DNA from: Geosiphon pyriformis uo1
Taxonomy: Eukaryota > Fungi > Glomeromycota
Length of the DNA stretch: 64,000 bases
Direction of reading: 5' to 3'
NCBI GenBank assembly: GCA_016748015.1
Contig: JAAOMT010000047.1
Location: forward strand, 145,258 to 209,257
Part shown: piece by piece, positions 1 through 14,035 of the stretch
How the letters are laid out: the number at the start of each line of letters is the position of its first letter
Position numbering within the stretch: position 1 is the first letter of the stretch
Made by a program: the position numbers and the translations under genes
The notes under the pieces: generated by a model
What the model was told of the DNA's origin: nothing
The model's input: the letters and a program-made list of their open reading frames with translations, nothing else
Database searches by the model: none

Positions 1-537
1 TTGCGCGACTCGTCAACAAGCATTATTTGACGAATGATCGAGTGACATACAAAAATGATCATGTTCCACATTTCCCCGCCAAAAAGCTAAATGGGAGTAA
101 AAGAGTTATGGAACATTCAGAAACTGAAATTTGGATAAAGCCACTTAAATATGATTGTAATTGTCATCATCAAGGGAATGATGGAATGTATTGGAATAGT
201 AGAGAGGAATATTTCAAGTGTTATGGATTGAATGTAGCTTTTGAATCGAAGAATATGTTGCTACCATATAATGGCACGGATATCCTTTTTCCACCTGATA
301 TAGTAAAATCTCGTGAGAATCTGGTAAATTTTTCTCAAATACTTGAAGGAAGGAATATTCATCAAATCTATTTCAACTAATTTTCTTTCCTCATGTATCA
401 ACTGATAGGCATGTAATGCAGGACAAAAGTTTCATAATGTTCCGAATGGATTTGTGCATCAGGGTCCTTATTTTGGTATTATGATGGGTAATTGTAATGG
501 GTTTGGAGACTTTGGTTTGGTTGGAATCAGTTATTAG
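1..537 (+). CDS. Class 3 lipase (Lipase_3 / alpha-beta hydrolase), 3' part only; gene begins upstream of the window
   Basis: The frame is open from base 3: ARLVNKHYLTNDRVTYKNDHVPHFP...MEHSETEIWI matches the lipase_3 pattern RV-x-x-x-ND-x-VP-H-x-P...H...E-x-WI (catalytic Asp). A GT-AG intron at 324-408 leads to a last exon 409-537 (ACNAGQ...FVHQGPYFGI..., catalytic His motif) ending in TAG. The GxSxG motif lies outside the window. Confidence 0.78.
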
Positions 538-3500
538 TATTGTGAGTGATTTATATTTCCAATTTTAAAACAAATTTTATTTAGCGTGTGGTTGCATTCT
601 GAAAAATCCAAAAATCAATTTATCAGAACAAACTTTATAACTTTAATGCTGAAAATAGTCAAAGAAATATCAGAAAACTTGGTAGTTTTATTTAAAAATC
701 TATTTTAAAAATTAGAGAAAAGGAAAGATTATAAATCACACAAAATTATGTCACTTTTTGAAAATAATATTCAAATGTTAAATATAGTTTTTAACAATTC
801 CTGAAGTAGAAGTTCTTTTTAAATATAATAATACTTAAATAATTTGTATTGCTATAAAATTATTCACATGTTAATTTTCTCATATATTCATTCTACTTTC
901 ATTATGACAAATTTCTTTTTCAATTTGCTTTGAACTTTCTAACAATTAATTATTAAGCAAAAGCGTATATAATATTGTATTAATTCCTTATTTTTATTTT
1001 TATTCTTATTCTCAACTGAAAGAAAATTTCGATTATAACTTTGTAATTTCACATTTAATATTATAGCAAAAATTTTATTACAAATCTTAGTTAACCAAGA
1101 AAATAAATAGAAAAATTAATTTATAAATTCAATCAAAAAAATATAAAATAAAAAAGTCATCATATTTAGAAAACAAAATTGAAAATATCTTAGATAATTT
1201 TAACAGAAATATTCACAATCTACTTTAATTAAGGCATTTATTTTCATTACTAAGTCACAATTAATATGAGGTGATTTTACAACTTATCCATTTTAATTTT
1301 ATTAAAACACGCCTTTGAAAGATGTAATAATAGTTTGAAATTTCTTCTCTGCTATAGCATTAGTGTTTGAATCAAGTCTAGCTCAGAAAAGATAAGAAAG
1401 TTTCGAAAAAAAAACAAGGCAATAAGTAAAAATTATAAAAAATTGATAATAAAATTGAATAATTATAGTATTAGCTCATATTAATATTTCTTTAAATTAT
1501 TATTGTCTTTTCTCGACCTATCAAAGAAAATTTTTCAATTAATCAAACAATACTATTCTTAAATTTCAAAAATAAGATATTTTTGCCTAAATCTTCTAAT
1601 GGATAGACACATTACGATAATAATAATGACCGCTTAATTTTTGAATCGGTTTCCAAAGTTATACTTTAAGACCCAAATTGAACTTTTCAACCATTTTGAG
1701 AAAGATTATAATATGAGCGGCAGTTTACACATGGTGTTTCAGGACATTTTACCTACTACAATTTAGAGATAATATTTATGCTATTCATTTTTTCTGAATT
1801 TAATATGAAATAAAAATCAAATTATAAAAAGGGAAAAGCCAAGATTTTTTTACAAAGGCTTGATTTTTCTCCTGTACGCAAATAAAAGACCGATATCAAA
1901 TTTATAAAAATATAAATTTAGACCGATAAAATATATACTCATATAATAATCGAATCTTAAATTAATAACTGTCTTATATAGTATTCTTGGCCTATGCAGC
2001 ATTAGAAAAGTAGTCTAGATTTCAAATTTCGTTTTCGACCTTAAAGCTTTATTTAAGATAGCTAAAAAACTATTGTATACTAGAATAAAATTAAAAGTGC
2101 AAATATAATATCCTATTTAGTGATAAATATTTTTAGTTTTCACGCAAATTTTATCACTATCATAAAACAATTGCTAAACTGAAGTGTAAATCTGTACAAA
2201 AATTAAAATCAATTTGATAACCTCAATCAAACTATTAACCTCACAATCTCACGCTGGGCCTCATACGTATCATTTCTCTCAAATTCAAGGCCAATATCAT
2301 CGAAACTAATTATTTCATATTAAACTCAAACTCCTCTTACATCTATTAAAATAATCAATACTGGTTGTGTGATAATGTTTGGGATGGTTCAGAAAATGGT
2401 GTCTTTTTTTAATTCAAAAATTAAAAGAAACAACAAATGACTTGATTCAATCACCAATTAGTCTGCAAGAAAATTCCACCGTGAAGCGAATATTAGATCA
2501 AAATGAAGACTTTATTCAGATGTGGAACCTTAAATTTTTAATCAGAATATACTGTTATTTTGCTAAGAGAAATTTCACTTGGATTCTTGGAAGAAGTAAC
2601 ATAACTAATTTTCCAGGATCAAAGTAAAAGGCAAGTTACAATTAGGGTTTTTAGCTGGATAGTTAGGCTTCTAAATGATTTTAGATTTTGATTAAATCCT
2701 CCTTTTTAATTGGTAGATACATGTAAAATATATGACAATTCAAATATACTGAACTCACATTAAAAATAATGATTCAGCAAATTTCTTCAATCACTTCATG
2801 ATTAATAAAAAAATACATTTTCAAGTCGACCCAGCATCAAATCAAAATAGTCCTTCGTATTAATATTTCGCCAGGAAGAGACCAATCTGGTAATAGCGCT
2901 GGTATCAATGCCAAAAATTATTAATAATATGGAAAATTATAGTTTTATAAGTTGATAGCGCATATGAATTTCAAGAAACAGGTAAAAGAAAAGGGCTCGT
3001 TATGCTTTAGAAATAGAATGTCTTTTACCAAATAGTCATAATAATTCGATACCTTTTATAGTCGATTATCGGCAAAGTACAAATTTACTTTCTTTATTGC
3101 ATTGAGTTCCTCTATAATTCTTATGGCCATATACTTTTATGGTATCTTAATAAACAGGTAAGGTATAAAGAGTTTTGTTATTTTAAAAAATCATAAAAGT
3201 ATTAAAAAGTTAAATTGCAAGAGACAGTGAAGCCCTACCACTATCTACAATGGGTATATTCACTACTTTTCTAATTGGCTCCTTAGTAATGACTCATCAG
3301 AAATGGTTGTTCGTACAAACTAATATCAATAATAACCAAGTATGTGGTATTTGGCAGGTAGAGTGTACTATCTAATAAGGGAATTGATATTGTGTTTCCG
3401 TTGAGCGTTATTTGAAAATTCCGGTCTAATTCTGTATTTTGGTAGATTGAAATGTTCTTTGTTGGGAGTAAAATTGAATCTTCATAAGGGATATTTATGT

Positions 3501-4989
3501 TGCTTTGAGGGGAAGGGTTGAATCAATATTTAATCTGATCAGACCTGAGGTTTTTTTTATTTAATCAAACTAAATAACATACCTGAGTTATTGATATTGA
3601 ATTTGTCAAGATCTAAATTGAAATTAAAAAAAAAAAATTTTTAAAATTGAAAAATGAATGTATTCTTTCAAGGATACATACCATTTAAGATTTTTTCTTT
3701 GACTTTGTCTTTAAATCTTCATATTTTATGCAGATTTATTATTGGCAGAGTACGATTATACATAATATGGTCACGCTAATCGAGTGGAGTTTTTATTTGT
3801 ATACGCTCATATCATGATGTGTTGCATTTACAGAAAAAAAATCAACCAATTTATAAGGCTCCTAAGAACAATGATTCTGAATATTTATCTTAGATCGAAG
3901 GATAGGGAAATCCCTCATTAATAAAATGGCATACTTGGTTGCTTTGTTAAATCGGAAAATATTTTTCAATTATTCAAACTTAGAATCTAGTTCAAAAAAT
4001 TCAGATAATAGCAAATCCATGATTCCCTCCAAGATACAAAATACTGATTGATTTAAAACGGAGGCCCAAGAGAAACTAGCAAACTATGTAACGTTTGTTA
4101 CATTTCGATTTGGTCTGCATTTTTGAATAGTCATAACTGTTTCCTGAAAATTATAATCAATGTTAATATGGTGTTAATTTTGAATGAGTTCTTTATAAAT
4201 TATAATTCTTGTTCATTTGATTGGCAAAGATGTTTTATATCCTGTCTAATCCTAAGCATTACCACAACTAACAATGATCCATCTTGGTTTGAGTAATGCT
4301 GAAAAAAGTAACTTATATTATGCTTTTGAAGCAGTAATCTATTAAAAGATTTAATCTTTTTTTATCGAAAATTTCACATAAGCAAACCTTTGACGTATGA
4401 AGTCTGAGCAAAATAGTTATCGAAAATCAAAACGTTAGCGAAAAAGCTCGAGTTGACTTGATAGAGAAATCAAGTGATATATTGCATATTTAATTGTTAC
4501 TCAACATGAAAATTCTAGATTCTGAGAGGCGGTCACACGCTTACGGCTGATGGATCCGACCGAACTTTATAAACTAATTTTATATAGACAGCTATTGCTG
4601 ACTAAAGGAAATGGTTTAGAAACTTCTTATTTTGGAACTATAGGCCATGTATTCAAAGCTCAAATTGATATTTAATTCTATATGCATGTAGATTGTTTCA
4701 ATGCAAAGTCACTTGATGCTAACTTTTTCTTTTTTAACGATAGTACATTTCAAAAACGTGGATATGATTAAAACAATGAAGCAAGGAGATGACCAGCATC
4801 ATGTTTTTCTAACTCTATTCTAAATAGATCTTTCAAAGCGGAATTAATTTGCATTTTTGCACATAATTCACATTAGAAATGAATGTGTGTCAGTCAAGGA
4901 ACGTAACAAACCAAAGATATGATACTTTTGGAATGAGAGTGAACCTTTCAACTTTAAATTATGTAAACTCATTAAGCTGTTTATCTCAA

Positions 4990-5410
4990 ATGTACTACAC
5001 AATGTCAAAAAGCTGGAGAAACAGGAAAACTTGAGCTTAAAAACGGTAATGGTTGTCGCAAAAATATTACAGGACCTATATCAAGAAGAGTAGGTTGATA
5101 TAAATTCGTAGAAATTCTTCATTGTTTATGCGAAAAATTGCTACCAAACTAAATACAGAGGGATTAGAAATTTCATATTGCACAATTAGCAGACATTTGA
5201 AATCACTTGAATATGTGAAAAACTTATAAATTAGTACGCCAATTCTGACAAAAGTTCAAAAGCAAATAGGCCAAATTCATACAAAGAAAAATGGCCAGTT
5301 CACCCAAGAACAAAAGATTTTATAAAAATTTTTGTTTGGGGCGGCTTTTCTACGAAAGGAAAAACTAGCTTGTTTTGGGTGTATCATGGATCTCAAGTTT
5401 TATTTTGGCC
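4990..5410 (+). mobile_element. Decayed Tc1/mariner transposase fragment
   Basis: Broken frames include KIFVWGGFSTKGKTSL, typical of Tc1 DDE domains. Multiple stops and frameshifts; boundaries approximate. Confidence 0.5.
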
Positions 5411-7201
5411 TTTCTAATAAAATTTTAAATGATTATATTTTTTAATGAATTATTTTAAATTGCCCCAAATTTTTTTAACTAGCCTTATATTTTTATTCAA
5501 ACTATTAAAATTAACAACTTTTTTTAAAAACCAATTTTACAATTTTAAGAATGAATGATTATTATAGCAATAAGTTTTGATTCTCTTCAAAAGAAACACA
5601 ATAACATGGCCAGAATATTATTCTCTTCAATGTTCATTTCTTTAAGAAAATAGCATCAGAACTAATAGCATAATTAATTACCCGTTTATTATTTCAAGTT
5701 TGCCATATGAATGTAAATATTTAGTTAGATGACATGAATATTAAAAACATTGAAAAGATTCTGCATGAACCAATTTTTATTTTTATTTAATTAAAAATGG
5801 CAGTTTTTATTGCTAAAAGATTCGTAACGCAAACTTTTAAACCAACCCTTTGTTTGAGAACCTTTGCTTCTTTAATAAATAACTGATTATTTTTTAGCTA
5901 GTTTCAAATTGTTAAATACCTCCTCTATTTAAAAAGAATTTGTGTATTAGGTAAGTATATATGTTAAAATTTTTTTTTTGAATTATTATACCAATTATAT
6001 CAAATTAATTTTTTTGAAAGTGGAATTTGAACTTCAAGAAGAAAAAGCTAGTTTGAATAACTAAGTACCAATCTCATGTTTTCCAACAATTTCAAAAGTT
6101 TTCTCTTTCTTGAAACTTCCATTAGAAATTGCCTGCGCAAAAAAAAAACAATCGGTAGCCACTGACATAATTTAAACCTTAAAATTGATTCCAAATTTTT
6201 TTTGTTAATCACTGCTTACTTTTTCACAAATTTATCATACCACGTCTCAAAGTAGGCTCAAAAGAATATTTTTGGTTTTTATTTCCGGCAATATTATTGA
6301 AATTTAGGTTGGCCTAATTTTGGATTTGAACTCATTGTGTAGATATTTGGCTCAAGAATTGAACTTTAAAACCCAAACTCAATGTCAATATTGAGGGAAT
6401 TCCCGGTTCTTTTACAAATTGTCAGCGGGATTATAATAATGGGGACTATCAAAATACCCTGATCACGAATGTTATTCTTAACCTATTCTGGTTTAATATT
6501 ATGATAGAACCTCGTGAGGGGAATGTTTTTTATCGATTAAAAAATGCATCTTTTGAAATTTATGATATGTTTACGCATGTATATATTCTGATACTCCTTA
6601 AATTCACCCTGATTTCGTTATATAAACGTTATTATGTAGACTATAAGTGAAAATTCAAAATTCAATTTTTGAGTTAAAGTTTCAAAAAAGGGGGTTATAC
6701 CCTTCAACGAAAATAAAATTTAAACTTGATTAAGATTTCGACTAATAATATTCACGAATATTCTCACCGGAACCTCGTACAAAGCTTACAGAATTCGAAT
6801 TAAAAATTCTAGATTTTGATTCAAAGTTTAGTGAAACTTGCGTGACCCTAATAAACTAATAAAAATCGGCTTAAAGGTCGTAAAGAACAGCCATGGTTAA
6901 ATGATATGCGGCAGAAACATGCATCATCATCACCTGCCAATGCATGCTCAAGGTTAAAAATGATTCAATGCTGACCTGGAATCAGGACCCGTGTTATCGG
7001 AAACTAAAATTAATTCCCATAGAATTGGGACAAAAAGATTTCTTTTAAATATCGTGGTCATAAATTTAACAAAAACTCGGGATTAATCAATATATAAATA
7101 CTGACTTTTAGAGCTTTCTCCTCTATATTTTGAATTTCTTCACCAAATCAATTTACCCAATCAAATTTATCATTCTCTCCCAATATATTTCCACCGTTAA
7201 A

Positions 7202-8988
7202 ATGAAAAAAATGACAAACAATATCGCAAGAACATTCAGCAAATCTCAGGATAAAAGAAAATCCCTTCCAGTTCCTAAATCTTCTTTCACTCAAGAATCT
7301 CTAGATATAAATCGTATTCCATGGGGTGTTGATAAGGAGGAGGTGAATTTTGAATCGAACCTTTAGATTTCATTTGTTGGCCTTTATTTGTATTTTGATC
7401 ATTGGCCCGTTTTTGTTGACTTTTTTCGACTCGTTTCCCGCCATGATCATCCAATCTCCGCGATTGATAGATCCTGTTGGAACCATTTAATTACCTTCTA
7501 GCTCACCCTGGTAAAGAGATAAGAAGTAAAATGATTGAAGCTTTCAATTACTGGCTGAATGTGCCTAAGGAACAGTTAAATGTCATCACGAAAGTTGTGG
7601 AAATGTTACACACTGCGAGTTTGTTGTAAGTTTAAAGGTCCTGCAAAATAATGGATCACCATGCACTTTAATGAGTTATTAAATCGATCTATACATTTCC
7701 CAATTTATCTAATCATCCAGAATAGATGATGTTGAGGATGGCTCCACACTGAGAAGAGGAGTCCCAGGTAAATCTCATTTCATGCTTGCCTTGTTTTTTT
7801 TGTCATATTTTTGATATAACAATGACTTCCTCCATATTTCCATCGAAAAGTCGCTCATCACATCTATGGTGTACCGGCCACGATAAACTGCGCGAACTAT
7901 ATTTACTTTCTTGCGCTAAACGAGCTTTCAAAGCTTGAAAATACTCAAATGTTCAAAATTTATACTGGTGAGTTGTAGACTAGGATTTTTTTTTGACGAA
8001 ATTGCTCAATTGAAACCTTGATCTTAGAGGAATTGATGAGCCTACATCGAGGCCAAGGTATGGAGTTGTACTGGCGAGATACTGTGATTTGTCCATCGGA
8101 AGACGAGTTTCTTGAAATGGTTTCAAACAGTAAGTCACATTTAATACTTTTCCTATTTTGGGCTTTCTTCAAAATTTGAAATTAAAATGAACTCTAAATC
8201 TACCTTTCCCTACCCCAAAATTTTGTTTCATCCTTTCACTTGGCTCTTTAGAGACCGGTGGTCTTTTAAGGCTTGCTGTAAAACTTATGACAGAAGCAAG
8301 CAACGCAAAAGAGTAAGCATTTTTGCATGATTGTAGTCATAAATTTTTATTTACCTTTAACTTTATTCCTTTAAATTCTGATTATTTTTTAGAGATTATG
8401 TTAAATTAGTTAACATAATCGGTATACACTTCCAGGTTAGAGATGATTACATGAATTTACAATCATCATTGGTATGACTATTTTATTTTACCTTCCAAAT
8501 CAAAAAATATATAAATTAAATTGACCAATCTTCATTTTATCCTTGCAAAATTAGTATACTGATAACAAAGGATTTTGTGAGGATTTGACCGAAGGAAAAT
8601 TTTCTTTTCCCATTATACATTCGCTTCACTCGGATCCTTCTAATCGTCAATTAATAAGTAAGTGATTTGTCCTTTCAAGGCTGAAATTTTCAATATATTG
8701 AGCTCAATAACTAAATCATCCCACTTTTTTTTAGATATCCTAAAGCAACACACAAATAATATCGAACTTAAAGAATATGCAGTAAAATTAATGAAAGAAA
8801 CTGGCTCATTTGTGTACACTCAAAATTTCCTTCAAAAAACCGAGAAAACAGCACGTGACGAAATTGTTCGTCTAGGTGGGAACCCGTTAGCTGAAAAAAT
8901 CATTGATTTATTATCCGTACCGGTTGATGACACTATTAAAGGTAACGCCCAATCATCTACCGCTAAAACCTCTGTATCCACTAAATAA
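7202..8988 (+). CDS. BTS1: Geranylgeranyl diphosphate synthase (type III, fungal/animal GGPPS)
   Basis: Nine exons with consistent phases and GT-AG introns: 7202-7342, 7471-7625, 7721-7767, 7851-7967, 8028-8129, 8252-8312, 8393-8471, 8555-8657, 8735-8988. Motifs: [28 protein letters not shown] (FARM), [27 protein letters not shown] (SARM), [15 protein letters not shown]. Confidence 0.96.
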
Positions 8989-11900
8989 GGAACAATATAT
9001 ATAATTTATTTTCAAGAAAATTACAAATGCTTCGAGGCAAAGAATGTTGAAAGGACCGTTTTATAAAGTAATTCAGCAATAATATTTACCATTCGGATTA
9101 TAATTAGTTTTTCACAGGTGGAAAATTCTCAGCTCTGAAGATTAAAATATTTATTATTTAAAAGTTTACTTTAACTTTTTCGAGAATAATCTTGACACGA
9201 CGAAAACTCCAAATCCATCAAAAAACTTATTCAGCTAACCCTTGATGAATCTCATTCATTAAATTCCTAAATATTGGTATTCACTGAATATTTTGAAACC
9301 CCTTTTTAATTCTAATAAGTTTGAAATTCTTCACCTAATATTTCAACACAAATCTTGTCATTACGAATCTGACCAAATATAATCTCCACATTCATCTTTT
9401 CACAAATGTAACCTTTAACTTTTTCATAATGACCTCGGGTTCCAATCCAAATTTCCGAATAAGTTTCGGTTGTAGAAATTCAGGGCATAAAGTTATTCCA
9501 AATACGAACGATAAACTATGGTAATTGAGTGTTTCCATGGCCAAAGGGGGTGCAGAACTTTTTTAGATAATTCGGTGTATCGTGGAAATCCCAGACATTA
9601 TCTCTTAATATAATAAAAAATATGTTTTAAACCTTTCATATTAGTAGGAAAAGGTTTTCCATTAAGCATAAACTTATAATTTGCCTAATGAATTTTAAGC
9701 GTTGCTAGGGAAATAACTTTGTAAAAATTTGAAAACTATAATTCTAAACCGTCATTTTTTAGTAGAGAACTTGATTGACAATCTAACAAAAATGTGTCTC
9801 AAGGGTATAATTATCATACTCAGATTTTTTTATTTTTCCTGTCTTTTGGATGTTTAATACCATGTTTAAATATGAACCATTCGGACGATAAAGTGACTGA
9901 AAAACTGCACTTTGGATTTTTATTAATTCAGCATAATCAGATAATTAATATATTTTATTTGATAAGAGTATCAGGTTAAACTATGAATTTACTGCATATC
10001 ACATCACACATATAAAAAATACTTGAAATAGAAATCTCTATTAGATATATTGAATGGGGCTTGTCACTAAAAATTGCAAAATATTCATAATTTTTTTGTT
10101 ATAACTGAGCTTTCCCCCATTTGTACTGATCTTAAACAATGTCTTATTCCTTAGACTTTTTATTTCATTTACTTTTCAACACAATCCGTTTAAAAATGTT
10201 TCAAATCCTTTTTATATATATCTGGTCAAGTGTACAATGCTTTTAACAGAAATAAATTTACTTATAGTTAAAGAATAATCTACAATTAAAAAATATTAGA
10301 ATATAAACTAAAATATAGGAATGATTAATTAAATTACATTTTAAAAATTATGTCTGATGCTATTTAATTTTGATTGATTTTAATGAAATTTACTACCAAG
10401 ATTAAATATGTACCAGTTATTTTTTATCATAATTTTTAACTTTTTCAAAATTTACATTAGAGCATTTTACAATCCAAGTTTGTACATTTAAATGTTTATT
10501 AATAAATTAATGAATTTTATAATTAATTGTGTAAAATTATTATTTTGACTAAATATATTTTTGAAATTGGGTTAAATAATTTATTCTCTCAATATTTTTT
10601 ACTAATAAAATAAAATTATTAATATTTTACTGGACTGTTTATAATCAACCATAATTTTAAACTTTTAATAATCTTAAACAAATTATTTTTGATTAATTTT
10701 ATTTATATTTCCAAATAGCAATAAACTTTAGGCGTATTCTTTAACGTTATATATATTTTAAAGCTTTATAGTAACATTATGTTCGAATTTGAAATTATTT
10801 TGGAGTTATAAAGCTATTTTTAGTCTTAAATTATTAATATCCCAAATTATTTTATAAAGTATATGATTTATGTTAATCTATTTATTTTGACAATTTGCAA
10901 ATTTTTAAAGCTTATGTTATTTTACATAAATCTTTTATTTTTTTCTGATTATAAAAATACTTTATTATTAATCTTTGCATTTTCTGGCTTTATAATATTA
11001 TATCATAATAAGATAATAACTGTAATACTTTTTTATTTATTAATCTTTAAAAAAACAATAAATTAATTAGTCTTTTCTTGTTATTTCAAAATTAAAAGCT
11101 GAAATTTTTTACAATACATATATTTTTTTCAAATTCTTTCTATGTGTCATTGTAAATTATGTTTTTTGGTAATATATTGATAATTATTATTATTGAAAAA
11201 CTTAATGTAATACTTTACACATATTTTTAGTTGCTAATATAATTTGTAAATTTTGTTTGTTTTATTGAGTTCTAATTAAATAAATATTATAAGTAAATAT
11301 CAGAAATAATTTAATAAAAAATTATTTTGCTTATTTTATTAACAAATATATATCATAAATGTTTTTTCTAAATTTTCATAACAGTCCTAAATTATTTTTA
11401 ATAGCTTATCTAACCAAAACCAAAAGAACATTTTATCTTTTAAATATAAATTTTATTTACATTATATTATAAATGTTGATTACTTTTTGAGTTTTTTTTA
11501 TTTATTTGGATTTACTCTAAATTAATAAGTGTTTTTTGTCTGTTTTGATTGCTTTAATATTTTATAAAACCATAAACTCTTTCAAAAACACAATTAAATT
11601 AATTAGATTTAGATTTCAAAATATAAAATTTGTCTAATAATAATGATATAACTAATTTAAAAATAAGTTATAAGTATTAAAAAAAACTAAATTAAATAAT
11701 TAAATAATCAATTTTGGAATTACACCCATATATTTTTATAATAACTATGTTAAAGTTAACCGATTCTGCTTATAATAAAGTATCACAATCTACAAAAATA
11801 TTATACAATCTTTTATTATACAAATTTTATATAAATTTTAACTGTAAAATATATATTTTTGTCTTTTATTATTATGAATTTATATTTAAAGCTATATAGT

Positions 11901-13145
11901 ATTGTTTGCAAACTTTATACTTTTTTAGGTGAATATTTTTCGCCTTCGAGATATCTACAAAGTCATAATATTATTATTATTAATTTTTGTTTCCACTTAT
12001 TTAAAGTGTAAAAAAAGATAAAAAGCATATTTGCGAATTTAAATTGGTTATAACTAGGTTCTACTTGTGTTTTAAACACTTAAAAAGTGCGCTGAAAATA
12101 TCATTTTTCATTAAAATCTTTAAATAGCTATCATAAAGTTTGATATTTATTAAAAATTTTGTAAAATTAATTTTTTTTATTTATCTCTTTAAGGATATTT
12201 TTAATTAGATGAAATATTTAATAAGAATAAATTCTTTGTTTTGAATAATCTGTGTTGTCCCTTAGTTTTTAATTTAAGTAAAACTTCTATAATTTTTTTT
12301 CAAATTTTAATGTGAAAGAAATAATCGAAATGAATTTAATTTCAACGGTCAAAAATTACATTTTGACTGAGTAGTTTAATATATCACCTTAAAAATCAAT
12401 TATCTTGTAAAAAAACATGCCTTTTGAACATATTTTTTAATGTTATAATTGAATTATAATATTTAATTTTTGAAAACTAAACATAAATAAAAAAATTTGA
12501 AAAATTCTTAAGACAAAATTTTACAAATTTAATTAAATATATTTACAAAATCTTTTCTGTAATTTTTGCCCAAATTTTTCGGTTTGAAACAAAATTATGA
12601 AATTATTACTTATTCTTAAATTTTAAACAAACATATTATTGAATGAATTATTTTTATTTAAAAATCCCACATTTATTTTATAAACTATTCAGTATAATAA
12701 AATATGACAAATAAAACATCACTCTTTTAGCTTTAATGCAAGTATTAATGCAATTTGAAATACTATCTAATAATTAATGGAAGAAATCAGATCATAGATG
12801 ACATCAAACTTCTTTTACAAGATATTTAACATCAATAATATTACTTAGATTTGGTTTGTGTCTAAGTGTATTTTTGATCTTATGCTAAAAAAATTTGATT
12901 GAATTTAGGTTTGGGCTGTGAACAAATCTATTCAGCGTTCAAATTTTGTTGTTTTTAAGGTGTGTGGCTTTGCCTTATTTTGTTGAAAATAAACTTAATG
13001 CAATAAATTTTGGTTTAATGTTAATTTGTATTTTACATTTTTTTGAATCTTTAAAATAATATATATTATGGTTTAATAAATCTTGTTTGTTATTATATTT
13101 TGTGTTACTTATTAAATAAATACCTACAATATTTTTTTTGGGTAA

Positions 13146-13855
13146 TCGCTTCACTCGAGAATTAGGCCTGATTACCTCAGTTCAAATTTAATTCAACTTA
13201 ATTTAATTGATTTTTATTAAGGTTATCTATGTTTGAAATAATTCATGAAATTAGGATGAAGCTAGTCAAAAATAAACCATTGAAAACCATTTTTTACAAA
13301 AATTATTCGATCAATCGGGAAAAGTCCATAAATGGATAAGTTTATGATTATTATTTTTTAACGTTAAGTTTTTATACAATTTTATAGAGTTATTAGCTTA
13401 TTTTTTTATGTTACAAACCGAATTAAAAAAAAGGCCAAATAAATAAACCATGGTTGATCAAATATATGTCATTGTTTATTTTATAACATAGCTATTTTTA
13501 CACCAAAAAAAACAAAAGTTCCTTCCAAATATATCGTTGTAAACTCATTAGTTTTGTATGATAATGGTATTTAATTATAATATGCTCCAATTTTGATGAG
13601 ATTAATAGTTACATATTCAATCAAGCTCTTTAAAAATGAAATTTCTTGAGTACATTAGATTTTCCTGCTCTCTAAATACCTTTTCAAAGACTAATTATCA
13701 ATTTAAATCATGGAATGTGTGAGGTTTTTGCGTCCGTATTTAAAGATTCTATATATAATTCTAGAGCTCAAATTATTTTTGAATAAATTTAACGCAAACA
13801 AATATTTCGCTGATTTTTGTAATTCAGCTTAAGAATATCACTTCAACCTGGGTTG
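13146..13855. repeat. Dispersed repeat, copy 1 (spacer of the inverted repeat); inverted copy at ~48160-48810
   Basis: ttttcctgctctctaaataccttttcaaagactaattatcaatttaaatcatggaa...gaggtttttgcgtccgtatttaaaga matches the reverse complement of ~48275-48360. Confidence 0.9.
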
Positions 13856-13859
13856 GTTA

Positions 13860-14035
13860 GTCTTGTCACCCAAAGGTACCCTTAATAAGATCCCCTCTAA
13901 CTTATTGGTGTTTAATGTTTCTTTAATTTACTCGTGGATTAATGGCACTCTACCAGTCAGGAAATAGATTTAACTTATTTTAATGAGTTAAAGAAAAAAA
14001 TGTACTCAACATCATTCAATCAATAGCCTGGAGAT
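13860..14035. repeat. Dispersed repeat segment; direct copy at ~36245-36410
   Basis: tgtcacccaaa(g)gtacccttaataa...tactcgtggattaa...gttaaagaaaaaaa(t)tgtactcaacatcattcaatca is present at both loci. Confidence 0.85.

Noticed and set aside
7202-8988. GGPP synthase as the anchor of a terpenoid or carotenoid gene cluster
   Set aside because: No terpene cyclase, phytoene synthase/desaturase, P450 or prenyltransferase is recognisable nearby; it looks like the housekeeping copy.
9270-9600. Coding-like GC-elevated segment on the minus strand (METLNYHSLSFVFGITLCPEFLQPKLIRKFGLEPEVIMKK...)
   Set aside because: It is interrupted by stops and has no motif I can recognise; possibly a gene relic, but a database search is needed.
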